Below are positions 13,020 to 24,991 of a stretch of 64,000 bases of DNA, one piece after another. Positions within the stretch are counted from its first letter, which is position 1, and each line of letters begins with the position of its first letter. A model generated the notes under the pieces. The model saw only the letters and a list, made by a program, of their open reading frames with translations, ran no database searches and was not told the origin of the DNA. This DNA comes from Octopus sinensis (lineage: Eukaryota). The DNA lies in assembly GCF_006345805.1 (NCBI RefSeq), contig NC_043004.1, forward strand, positions 65,720,001 through 65,784,000. The letters run 5' to 3'. The translations under genes were made by a program, and so were the position numbers.

Positions 13020-13260
13020 ATTTACGCTTTAATTGATTCGGTCATTAGACTTCGGTCATGCTGGGGCACCACGTTCAAGCGTTTTAATGGAGCGAATTGA
13101 TCGCAGTAGTTATTTATTTTAAATATGGTACTTATTCTATCGATTCGTTTTGCTGTAACACTCAGTTATGTGAACGTAAACGCACCGGCATTAGTTGTCA
13201 AGCGTTAGAGGGGACAAAGACACTCACAAAGGGTCACAGACAGACACACAGGCACACACA
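13020..13260 (-). mobile_element. Degenerate SINE tail half
   Basis: ggtcatgctggggcacc...ggtacttattctatcg...gttgtcaagcg matches the family tail. Confidence 0.7.
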
Positions 13261-13406
13261 CACACACAGAGACATGCATACATGTATATATCATGCACAC
13301 GTAAACATTTATACACACACACACATATATATGCATACATATATATATTCGCATATATATATAAACAGACACATACGTGTATGTATATATATGCATTCAT
13401 AAATAA

Positions 13407-13443
<37 letters not shown>

Positions 13444-13456
13444 CACACACACACGA

Positions 13457-13499
<43 letters not shown>

Positions 13500-13620
13500 C
13501 ACACAAATTTAGAAGTAGCATTTAAATACTATTCCTCTAACGTAAGATACTTCCCACATAGCAATACTCTTATTTTACGTAGGTAAAGGGGAAAAACTAC
13601 GAATCTACCCGACTTTGATT

Positions 13621-13695
13621 TACCACATACGCGTTTCGGGATTAAAAATATGTAAATTTTTTATTTACTCACTTATTTCCTTCTTCAGTGTAGTA
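13621..13695 (-). ncRNA. Minimal type I hammerhead ribozyme motif
   Basis: uacuaca-CUGAAGA-a-gg..(stem II)..cc-GAAA-cgcg-UA-uguggua; 7-bp stem I, palindromic stem III, GUA site. Confidence 0.75.
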
Positions 13696-14152
13696 TTTAA
13701 ATTATAAATTTGATAGTAGTAATAAGTAAATACGTATTCGACCAACTGACTTCGAATAACTAATATAAAAAAACTAGCACTTTCGAATGTATACAGACGA
13801 GTGAGAACTCGCATTCTTCCCAAATCACCCACGTGTGTTTCGAGTAATCCCGCAGAAACTGTAGTTCACTATCAGGGAGTGAATTATATTTTCAATAATA
13901 ATAAAAGTTAAAATTAATTAATTAATTAAGTAATTTTACTACTATATATATATATATATATATTATATAAAAGGGCTTAGTAAAATAAATTACTTTGCCG
14001 CATACTGAACTCATTAGAAATAGCAGCCAAAAAACTTTTTTAAAGCTATTTCTAATACTTAAAGAAAATCTCTCTCATATATAGTGTTTGCTTAATTCAA
14101 CTCACAAAAGTTTGGGGGTAAGGACATCGAAAAATCAAATGCTAAGGTTATT

Positions 14153-14204
14153 CGAGAACGTACGTTTCAAGATTAGTCAAAACAACATTTCTATCATCGG
14201 CTCA
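14153..14204 (-). ncRNA. Hammerhead motif, U4C core variant
   Basis: ugag-CCGAUGA-...-GAAA-cguacg-UU-cucg. Confidence 0.55.
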
Positions 14205-14318
14205 GAAATTCCTTGGTTTGGATTTGGAAACACTGAAAATAAGAACATACCCTTTCGAAGATCTTCGAAAGGGTATGTTCTTATTTTCAGTGTTTCCAAA
14301 TCCAAACCAAGGAATTTC

Positions 14319-14370
14319 TGAGCCGATGATAGAAATGTTGTTTTGACTAATCTTGAAACGTACGTTCTCG
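14319..14370 (+). ncRNA. Hammerhead motif, U4C core variant (mirror copy)
   Basis: tgag-ccgatga-tagaaatgttgttttgactaatctt-gaaa-cgtacg-tt-ctcg. Confidence 0.55.
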
Positions 14371-14759
14371 AATAACCTTAGCATTTGATTTTTCGATGTC
14401 CTTACCCCCAAACTTTTGTGAGATGAATTAAGCAAACACTATATATGAGAGAGATTTTCTTTAAGTATTAGAAATAGCTTTAAAAAAGTTTTTTGGCTGC
14501 TATTTCTAATGAGTTCAGTATGCGGCAAAGTAATTTATTTTACTAAGCCCTTTTATATAATGTAATAATTTGAATTCGCCTTGAATGGTCCCTTTGTATA
14601 CTGAACACTTGGTGAAATTGATTAATAATTAATTAATTTTGCCCTCAATTGTTGAAATTATATATATATTATATATATATATATATATATAATATATATA
14701 TATATATATAATAGTAAAATTATATATATAATATATAATATATATATATATATATATAT

Positions 14760-15400
14760 GTAGCCAGGAATAAGTACAAAGCTATCATAGAGAGTGATGC
14801 TAAGGGGATGTGCCCGCTGTACAGGAGTAAATCCTGATGCATCACGGAAAGGACAATTAATAAGATAAACCAGGCAAACACTTGGCATGACAATGAAAAA
14901 TACCAGGGTGTCATGTTGGTTGATACTACTCCTGGCGGTGAAATAGCACACCTTTTTAGCAAAACATTTAGTAAGGCTACTTTACGAATTAAAGTAGAGG
15001 AAATAAATCTCTGATTTGCCATACCTGTCACTTTCATAATTCCCCCTGTACAGAGTACAATTGTATTGTATGTAGGATGACCCCTCCGGTTAACTGTAAG
15101 GTTAGGAATATAGTGTATAGCTTACAATGTACTGAGAGACGGTGAAGAAAGATGACAACTACCTACATTGCAGAGACTGCACGCAGCATAGGAGACCGTA
15201 CAAATGTACATTGGGGTGAGCTCAAATAAGGGAAATGCTCGTCATTGCTATACCAACATGCACAGATAGAACATGGGAGTTCCAGTAATAGCATATACGT
15301 TAAAGTACTATACTATCGACACATAGAACTGATACTACACTTAGATTACAGAAGCTTCACACATAAATGTACACAGATCGAGCCTCAATAGAAAACAGGA
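14760..15400 (+). pseudogene. Second, different PLE remnant: post-RT linker plus Cys-rich GIY-YIG endonuclease
   Basis: DAKGMCPLYRSKS*CITER...NTWHDNEKYQGVMLVDTTPGGE...RIKVEE / PCTEYNCIVC...NCKVRNIVYSLQC...YIAETARSIGDR...H...LLYQHAQIEH; contains stops and a frameshift. Confidence 0.8.
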
Positions 15401-16216
15401 ATGGAACAGTAACACCCATCACCATAACACACCACATGACTAAAGACAGTAGGGATATGAAGAGAGAAAGGGGGAAGAACCCGTATATAATACACAGATA
15501 CACAGAGAGTAATACTCACACAATAGACACATATGCACTAACCTGTGATACGTATGGGAAACATAGATAGTTGCATAAAAAATAAATAAGTAAATAAATA
15601 AATAGATAAATAGATAAATAAACGAATATATAAATATATCTGCCACATACCTGTGATAAAGGTAAGACATAGATAGATGAAATATATAGATAAAACTATA
15701 TAAAGGAAATCGATACATAGGAAGCGAACCCATACACATATAAAACCTCAAGGACGGCCATGTCAACAACACAACTAACACGGTCAGCAGTAGCAGCGGT
15801 GCCGATGGCAACAAGAAGAACAACAACAACAACATCAACAAATACCACGATGGTAACGTCGTGGACGAACACACGTACACAGACGAATACAGGAACTTGG
15901 AGCTGCGCAATAGGATGAGAGACTGGGTTGAGGTGAAGGCCACACTGCTGCTAAAAAGTATGTAACACACACAAGCATCCACACACACGTACACACGACG
16001 CGCGCACGCACATTCACATACAAAGACACAAACGCATGCGCACAGAAGGATACACATCTCAGAAGAACAAAATAGAGTAAGTGGAAGAACAACACACAAG
16101 GGCAGGCGTTAAAAATAATACAACAGTAATAAACGAGGGAAGAAAAAACTAAAGTGCGCGTGATTATTTGGGAAAAAAACTATAAATAAAGGAAATGACA
16201 ATCCCGAAGTACAACA

Positions 16217-16271
<55 letters not shown>

Positions 16272-17273
16272 ATATAGGTACATACATATATATATGTGTA
16301 TATATATATATATTTATTTATATGTATATGCCGTACATATATACATACATACATACATACATACATACATGCATATACCTGTACCTACCTGTGTATATTG
16401 CTGTGCGCGTTCACTTAAAAGCCCGCTATATACAACTTGCTGCTAGAGTTAAGGAGAATTTTTCTATAATGTGCACTGTTGCTAATCTACTTTCATGAGT
16501 GACATTTCGATATTTCCTCTGCATTATGCAGAGGAAATATTCAAAAGATAACATCAACGTATTCTTTGTTTAAAAAACAACAACAACAAAATAATTATTT
16601 CAATGAGTAAGAATTTATATGTCGTATTCTCTTTTCAATGAACCACTACCGCTATTCATTCTCACAATGATATGATTCATTACCATATCTATGACAATAC
16701 ATAGTTTATGGCAGGTTCGTTCGTGGCGCTCCTTCAAAAATTCTCAAGATTAACTAACGCTCGTGTTAAAGTTTTCTAGTATCGTCTGAAAGTGCTACAT
16801 GAAAGAATGTTTTGAAGGAGAATTTTATATGGTTTGAAACGAAGTAAAAAGAAAACATTTCAGTGCTTATTTGAAATGTTAATAGCTTTGCATTTAACGT
16901 GATATTTCCAATCCAGATTCTGATAATATATGTTGTAAATGTAAGAAAATATGGGGAGATATTTTTCGGTTTGTTTTGTATAATAATTTGTAAAGTAAAT
17001 ATAACTTCAAATATTTAGCTATTTCTGCAAGTTACTTTCTCATAGACTTGGCAGTGTGGAAAGAACTTTGTTTCCCAAGCACCTGGTTCAGGGTTCATTT
17101 CCATTTTGCGACATCCTTGGCAAACGTCTTTTTTAGAATATAGTCGCTGAACGACTAAAGATTTCTGAGTGAAAGTGAGACAGAAAAGAAACTGAAAGAA
17201 TCCGTTTATATACATATATATATACATATATATATGTATGTATATATATATATATATATATAATATATATATA

Positions 17274-17327
<54 letters not shown>

Positions 17328-17413
17328 TACACATACATACATATATATATATATGCGTACATACATATATATATATGTATATATATACGTACATACATAT
17401 ATATATATGTATG

Positions 17414-17448
<35 letters not shown>

Positions 17449-17485
17449 GTATATATATATACATACATATATATGGACATATATA

Positions 17486-17892
17486 TTCTCTTTTACTTTC
17501 TTTTACTTGTTTCAGTCATATGACTGCGGCCATGCTGGAGCACCGCCTTTAGTCGATCAAATCGACCCCGGGACTTATTCTTTGTAAGCCCAGTACTTAT
17601 TCTATCGGCATCTTTTGCCGAACCGCTAAGTGACGGGGACGTAAACACACCAGCATCGGTTGTCAAGCAATGCTAGGGGGACAAACACAGACACACAAAC
17701 ACACACACATACATATATATACATATATACGACAGGCTTCTTTCAGTTTCCGTCTACCAAATCCACTCACAAGGCATTGTTCGGCCCGGGGCTATAGCAG
17801 AAGACACTTGCCCAAGTTGCCACGCAGTGGGACTGAACCGGGAACCATGTGGTTAGTAAGCAAGCTACTTACCACACATCCACTCCTGCGCC
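17486..17892 (-). mobile_element. Full-length CORE-type SINE
   Basis: Head, B box ggttcagtccc, ttgggcaagtgtcttc, central microsatellite and tail all present. Confidence 0.92.
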
Positions 17893-18025
17893 TATATATA
17901 TATGTATATATATACGTACATATATGTATATGTATATTGATAGATAAGTTGTCCAGCGGTAGAAGCTGGATAACAGGAAGCCAAACACGTGTATATGTGT
18001 GTTTCTTGATAACCTAATACATATA

Positions 18026-18825
18026 TATTAAGTTGTGAAGAAAGTTCTTACGGAAATTTTAATTTTGGTTTTAAATTATGTATTTTCAAATTAATTTCCG
18101 TTTAATTACTTTGACTATATATATCATTTTAAAGCCCGTTCTTCGCTCTATCTAATCATGTCACTCGTTTTCTTTTTGAATAATTAGGCTATTCTTTTCC
18201 GGATCGTTGAATACGACATAGACAAAAAGCAAATTCGCGCAATGTTCTTATTCCAGTTTAAACTAGACCGAAAAGCTGCTGAAACAGCTCGCGATATCAA
18301 CGATCGTTTGGCCGAGCAACCCCTAATGAACGCACAGCTTCGAGAAATTTCGTAGCGGTGACAAGAGTCTTGAAGATGATAAGCGTAGTGGTCGGCCATC
18401 GGATGTTGACGACGATCAACTAAGAGGCTTAGTCGAAGCTAATCCACGCACAACTGTTCGAGAGCTTGCTTCTGAATTAGACGTAACGTAGACGACAATT
18501 TCTGACCACTTGAAAGAGATTGGAAAAACAAAAATACTTGAGAAATAGGTGCCGCACAAATTGAACGCCAAAAAAAAAAAAAACCCCAAAAACGCCGTTT
18601 TGACGTGTTGTCTTCCCTTCAATTACGCAACATGAACGACCCGTTTCTCGACTGCATTTTGACCTGCGATGGAAAGTCGATTCTTTACAACAACCGGCCA
18701 CGCTCAGCTCAATGTTTGAACGCTGACGAAGCTCCACGACATTTTCCGAAGCCAAAGTTGCACCAAAAGAAGATCATGGTGACTGTTTGGTGGTCTGCTG
18801 CCGGTCTCATCCACCACAGCTTTTC
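18026..18825 (+). mobile_element. mariner transposon 5' remnant (Hsmar1/cecropia-like)
   Basis: TA plus ttaagttg.. TIR-like start; DKKQIRAMFLFQFKLDRKAAETARDIN...RSGRPS...VPHKL...LTCDGKSILYNN...PKPKLHQKKIMVTVWW. Confidence 0.9.
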
Positions 18826-19289
18826 TTTTTTTAACATTTTTAAAACTCTGCGATACACAATATCTTTTGATCGTTTTTTCCCCGATCCCTTTTGATAGGA
18901 ATCTTACTTTTTTTTCTCTTTTTTCCCTTTTCTTTTTCATTTTCGAAAAGAAAAGCGCTACACTTGTATTTACCTCCTCTGTGCTCAGCCCTGTGTCGCC
19001 AATAAAGAAAGTTATCTATCTATGTATAATATATATTATGTGTGTGTGTGTGTGTTTGTGTGTGTATGTGTGTTTATAGTGATTTTGCTTTTATGCTGAG
19101 TTTTAGTACAAATTCTTTTACGTTAAAATAAATTCTTACTGAATACCGTTGTAGAGTACAAATTTATTATTTATCCCGACTTTGCCTTAGCTGGCCGGAA
19201 CTTCAATGTCATTCTAGATGCTGTCTCTATGAGCATGCATATACGAACGGGTGTGAGTGTATATATATACAGATTACTCAACTAACGTA

Positions 19290-19650
19290 GGTGCTGTGAG
19301 GAATTTTCAAGATCAGTCGTGGAATTTCCTGTAAATGATTGGCATACTTCAACCTTCGGCAACTTTTGCAATGGATCTATGGCGATAACTAATATGATAG
19401 CTTTCAGTGGCGAAACAATTCAAGCCGAGATGGAAATAACACCTGCAAGTAGATTGGAATGATGGCATCGACTATTGAATGAAAGACATTTCTACATTGA
19501 GATGCCTGAAGAAATTTCACTGTTGCAAAAACGTTGGCGCTCATTCACAGCTGCAAATTTCAACATATGAGCTTAACTGTCATAGAATTTGCTTCAAATG
19601 TTTGCGACCGCAGCAACCTAACAGCAATTTGAACCATATTCCAATCTGAT
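19290..19650 (+). pseudogene. Possible MULE-like transposase remnant
   Basis: One frame reads ...SRLE*WHRLLN..., resembling the MULE TNN.LEGWH..LN motif; many stops. Confidence 0.3.
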
Positions 19651-21117
19651 AAGCCACATTTCACTGAAAATATAGAAATGCATATCCAGTGGCAATGAAA
19701 TAACTCATATATATGTATTATATATATAATATATATATATACACACATACATGCGTGCCTACCCACACACATATGTGCGTATTTATATACATATATGTGT
19801 ATATATATGTATATTATATATATTATATACCATATATACATATTAATATATAACTATATATATATATATATATAGATATTTTATATATATATATATATAT
19901 GAAAGGCAGTTTGTCTGTCTGTTGTCTGTGTGTCTGTGTGTACCCTCACCCTGACCACGGCTTTCAACCGATTCTAATGAAACTTGACACACACATAGCC
20001 CAATGTCATAATTCAAAACTAACGCAGTGGAAATTTTGAAATGTTCCTCCAGTTCTGAAAAATTCGATAAATTCTACATGGGGTCGAGAATCTAAGCTTT
20101 TCATATGCGACACATTTTCTGTTGTAGTTTTCGCAACTTGCAATCGAGTTTCACCAAACTCATAGTGAATCTTAATGTTACCCTAAGAAACTTAATTCTG
20201 ACGTTAGTTTTCCATGCAATACCTTACCATTAGAAAAAAATCGATAAAATCATGCCATTTTGGGAAATCGCGTTCAAATTGAAGATGACATATTTTCGAC
20301 AATATCTTTAACAAATTGGCAGGAACTTTTTTTTAATTCACAGCGAGCATCATGTCTGCTCCAAGGAGCTATATGGCCCTTTTTATTCCAATAGGATACT
20401 TTATTACTGGAAAAAATCGGTTAATTAAATCATATGTGGCATACATAGCAAACCGATTTGTGTATTAAGCACAAACCACAGACTGTCTAGGGGACGTAAC
20501 TCGACCTTCTTTAACTCTCTTACTCCCCCAAATAACAATCAAACAGCTATCGATAATTCAACCCACAGGAGGAAATCTAGACTTAATCTTCAAGGTATCC
20601 CACATACAAACCAAAGATTACATCGAAACCTCCAGACTAACCTAAGTTTTGGTGAACCAATTCCTACCAGGAAGAAATTACATTCGAGATTTTACCCCCA
20701 ACACCGCCACTTCTGCTAATCGCTGCTGCTGCCGCAAGTTATTCCAATTCTTTTTTGTTTAAACTTTCTTTATAACTACCACCCCAAACGTTTTACCTTA
20801 AATTTTTGACGTACCCAAAGGGTCCTCGGACGCTACTTGCAAACTCTTGGTTTATTATAAACCGCTTTTGTCGTGTGCACCAAAAAACCTTTTCCATTCT
20901 TTTGTTCAGTTTGGTCACTTTTCGCTTTTTCGTTGTTGTCACTCACATTGCTGCCCGCTTTTTTGCCGTTTTTGTACATTTTTATACATTTTGGGATACT
21001 TACCCCACGTGTTCCTTTTTATTACACCTTTGCCAAACACATTGTTATCCAGCAAAATACTTACCCCAAGTGTTCCTTTTTATTACACCTTTGCCAAACA
21101 CATTGCTATCTACCAAA

Positions 21118-21810
21118 ATGCCACCCAAGAAGAGAAGGACACTCCTCAGCCCACGGACGGCCAAGGCATCGGCTGCTAGGGCTAGAAGGGCACGGGAGAC
21201 CCACGAGGAAACCGCCTTGTGCCTCTCGCAAAAAGCTTCCCGTTCTGCCGCTGCTCAGGCATCTGAAACTACTAGCGACCGTTCTACCCGACTTGCGAGA
21301 GCCGCAGCGTACAGATCTTCCCTCCGCTCGAGGTTGACGAAAGAGCAACAGTCCAGCCAAAACATGCGGGCTTCTTCCTGTGCATCCATCCGTAGAGCTC
21401 GCGAGAACCCCGAACAAAGAGCCATTCGGAATGCGACTAACGCCGAAACCTCACAGCAGAGGAGAACTCGCCAAGCTGCTGACGCCGCAAGCACAGCCAT
21501 GGCCCGATCTGGTGAAACTCCAGACCAACGAACTATTCGGACATCCAGTGATGCCATTAACACTGCTTCTGCTAGGGCTTCAGAGGGTGCTGAGGCGAGA
21601 GCTGAAAGGCTTTCAAGAGATTCCACTGCTACCGCTATCGCACGCGCATCTGAATCTGCTGAGGCACGGCGCACTCGACTTCCGGGTGGCAGAACCGCCC
21701 ACTCTGCCTTCAGACTCCCGCTCGATCTGGCAAACATCGATCTGCAACATCGCCAAGAACTCAGAATAGGCCGACATTCTGTGCAGATGCAGACTCATCG
21801 TATGGGATGA
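21118..21810 (+). CDS. Open ORF: NLS-like MPPKKRR, 23-aa STPR-like repeats fused to PIF1 helicase motif PGGRTAHSAFRLPL
   Basis: ATG at 21118; repeats ETHEETALCL.., ETTSDRSTRL.., ENPEQRAIRN.., ETPDQRTIRT.., EGAEARAERL.. with 23-aa period; expression unknown. Confidence 0.55.
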   Translation: MPPKKRRTLLSPRTAKASAARARRARETHEETALCLSQKASRSAAAQASETTSDRSTRLARAAAYRSSLRSRLTKEQQSSQNMRASSCASIRRARENPEQRAIRNATNAETSQQRRTRQAADAASTAMARSGETPDQRTIRTSSDAINTASARASEGAEARAERLSRDSTATAIARASESAEARRTRLPGGRTAHSAFRLPLDLANIDLQHRQELRIGRHSVQMQTHRMG

Positions 21811-22873
21811 GCGCACTATGGCACACAAAGGCGCCCTTGAGGCACTGGACAGGTCCCTGCAAGACATCAGAGACTCTACGGCCCCCATGGGAGGATTGAC
21901 TTTACTTCTTTCGGGAGACTTCAAGCAGACTCTGCCTGTTATTCCAAAAGGAACCCGTGCCGATGCCGTGCTCGCGTGCCTTAAGTCGTCAGCTCTTTGG
22001 GCACATGTGCGGCCCTTGCACCTCCAAACTAACATGTGCGCTCAGTTGATTGGTGACAGCGGATCCGCTGCATTCTCTAGGGACCTTTTATCGCTCGGTG
22101 AAAATAGGATGCCGACTGATGCGGACGGCTGCGTTCAATTGGACTAACTGCACCCTGCTAGCCTCCGGGACGCTGTTTTCCACGACCTACAAAATAATTT
22201 ACGCGACCTAAAATGGCTGGCAGGCAGAGCTATTCTCGCACCCAAAAATACAACCCTCAACTCCATCAATATCCAGCTACTTGAAGCTATTCCTGGTGAT
22301 GTTCACGTCTACAAATCTATAGATATGACAGCAGACCCCGCCCAGCTTGCCGATTATCCTGTTGAATTCCTGAATTCACTTGAACCGCCAGGCCTGCCGC
22401 CACACATCCTGAAGTTAAAAGTCGGTGCGCCCATTATGCTCATCAGGAATTTGGTTCCACCTAAACAGTGCAACGACACACGTCTGCGCGTGAAACATTT
22501 GGCACCACATTTAATAACGGTCACAATACTTACCGGTTGTGGCAAGGGAGAGGACGTCTTCATTCCACGCATGCACCTTCAACCATCGGGCGCTGACCTA
22601 CCAATCCACTTCAGGCGTTCTCAGTTTCCTGTTAAACTCTGCTTCGCAATGTCCATCAATAAATCCCAAGGCCAAACGCTACAAGTCGCTGGGTTACATT
22701 TGGGCGAACAGTGCTTCGCCCACGGTCAATTCTACGTGGGCTGTTCACGCGTTGAGAGGCGCAATGATGTTTTCATGTTTTCGCCCAAAGGGACAGCTAG
22801 GAACATCGTATACACAGAAGTATTGGGGCGAAGAGAAGACATTGCAACCTACACATGCGCCTTCGTTCCCTAG
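21682..22873 (+). pseudogene. Helitron PIF1-family helicase C-terminal remnant
   Basis: LIVWDE.TMAHK.ALEALDRSLQDI, GGLTLLLSGDFKQTLPV, GLPPHILKLKVGAPIMLIRNL, FAMSINKSQGQTL, HGQFYVGCSRV; broken by stops and frameshifts. Confidence 0.93.
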
Positions 22874-23009
22874 AGGGAAAGGACTAGATCGGGATTAGTC
22901 GTTGCCTACTAGGGGCTCTTACATACCCGGGCAACGCCGGGTTATGCTGCTAGTATATATATATGTATGTATGTATATATATATATATATATATTCATAA
23001 TTGTAGTAT

Positions 23010-23100
23010 CCTACGCTGATGAGAAAAGAAGTTGGGTAAGGTAGAATTATCTAATTCTTATGCTTTCCTAAAACTTGATTTCGAAACGTACGTCCGTAGG
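23010..23100 (+). ncRNA. Type I hammerhead ribozyme motif with long stem II
   Basis: ccuacg-CUGAUGA-gaaa..guagaauua-uc-uaauucuuau..uuuc-GAAA-cguacg-UC-cguagg; predicted cleavage after C23094. Confidence 0.85.
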
Positions 23101-23289
23101 TGACTTAAAATTGTATGATAGATTGCCGTCATTTCATTCTCTCTTACCTGTCTGTGTTTGCCTTTCAAGTGCTGTGTTTTTACTGAGATCTCCCTTTTAG
23201 TAGAAAGAATAGCTATAACTCTTTGACTGCTATTTCTAAATTCGGTGTGTGGTGAGGCAATTCGTTGCTAAACCCTTAATTGCTTAGTA

Positions 23290-23362
<73 letters not shown>

Positions 23363-23534
23363 TATATATAGGTACATAGAATATGTATATATATTATATG
23401 AATAATGATATATTATATTTATATAATATATATATATATATATTATATAATAACGAATATATATATGTATTAGATATATGAATATATATATGTACAACAC
23501 ACACCACACACACACACACATATATATATAGATA

Positions 23535-23567
<33 letters not shown>

Positions 23568-24154
23568 GTACATATAGATATATAATATATATAACATTTG
23601 ACACAAGCATATAAACTAAATCCATGTATATCTATTATATACATGTTTATGCATGCATAGACGAAGTTATACACATACATATTTACATACCAGCGTAAAA
23701 TTCCACGTATAAATTGGGTGGAACTAATATTCTCAATTTACTACCTCAATATATTGGCATAATTCCGTTTTCAAAGACAGACATTTTTGTGAATTGTTTT
23801 CACCAAACTACTTAACGAAGTCTCATCTTCTTTTCCAAATATCTCCTCATACAAGTATCAGATAAACCGTTAATCTTTTATTGTTAGTTGCAGTGTATTT
23901 AGATCAAACTCTTGGTTGATTATCATCCCACATATATGCATACGCACTGTCTGTGAACTGAGAAAAGCTTATCGGTTCAGAAAGTAAAATGCATATTTTG
24001 CTTTACACTAAAAGCGAGACACTTGTGGATAATCCTGGAAATCCGTTGATTCCTCTGAAAGCGGTTTCCTCCTAGAAGCACAGTCATAAAACTTAAGACG
24101 ACGAAATTAGGTTAACGCCATTTTGGGTCAAATTTTCAGGTATTTTCAGGTAGT

Positions 24155-24400
24155 TCTCGGCATGGTTGCGTTGTAAGTAATATCCCTACGTGGCACACTG
24201 CATGATACACTGAATCATCGTGAGTTGATCTGCTAGATACAAACTGAAAGAAACCCATCGTATCATATAAAATATATGCGTATATGTACATCTCTGTGAT
24301 TTCAGCTTCTGATTGTCACATATCACCTATTGCCAACCGTTGTTAATTTCTTTCCGTCCTTGTAATTTTGCCCTTCGGCAAAATAGATATGGAATGTGTA
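24155..24400 (+). mobile_element. Highly degenerate CORE-type SINE
   Basis: Residual aaactgaaagaaacccatcgtat and ttcggcaaaa motifs. Confidence 0.5.
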
Positions 24401-24882
24401 GGAAACTTTCTGCCCAATACATTTCAATTACTTATTGTTCAATTTATAGAAAAAATAATAATTCATTAGTTTCATAGCGGGACATTTGCACTAATATAAT
24501 TGACTGTGTGTGCTTAAAATTTGTCTTTTGTACTGATGCATGCAATCATCACGTGAAACATTATAATTATTTTTACTAGACAATTATTTTTATATCCGAA
24601 GTACTTTTGATTGTAGCTTAGAAAGTAAAAATATATAAATGCACACCCCGAAACACATAAAAAGGCGCACACTGACGCATGCATATGCATAGACACACAC
24701 ACGCATGCACACACAAACACACACAGACAGACGCAGGCACGCACATAAACGTGTATATATGCACATACATATACATATACATATACATACATATATATAT
24801 ATACACACACTAATAGATACATAGATACATACATGCATACATGCATGTGTGTGTGTTTGTGTTTATGTATGTATGTATGTAG

Positions 24883-24913
<31 letters not shown>

Positions 24914-24959
24914 CATGTATATATATATGTATATGTACATATATGTATATATATATATG

Positions 24960-24990
<31 letters not shown>

Positions 24991-24991
<1 letters not shown>

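Larger units (their letters stand above)
13962..14660. repeat. 600-bp palindrome (300-bp arms, centre 14261/14262) of hammerhead monomer family A, right arm extended to 14660
   Basis: Arms 13962-14261 and 14262-14561 are reverse complements with one mismatch seen; same sequence as the 52951-55060 monomers. Confidence 0.95.
19890..22953 (+). mobile_element. Internally deleted Helitron (~3 kb)
   Basis: 5' end shared with the mini-Helitron 8615-8997; 3' hairpin cccgg-gcaacg-ccggg (22926-22941) then CTAG (22950-22953) followed by T; PIF1 helicase remnant inside. Confidence 0.92.

Noticed and set aside
14088-14435. Mirror 77-aa ORFs
   Set aside because: By-product of the palindrome; frame not preserved in the 53-kb copies
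19281-19676. Possible minus-strand host exon (ttttcag...gttagt)
   Set aside because: No convincing open frame; region fits a decayed transposase better
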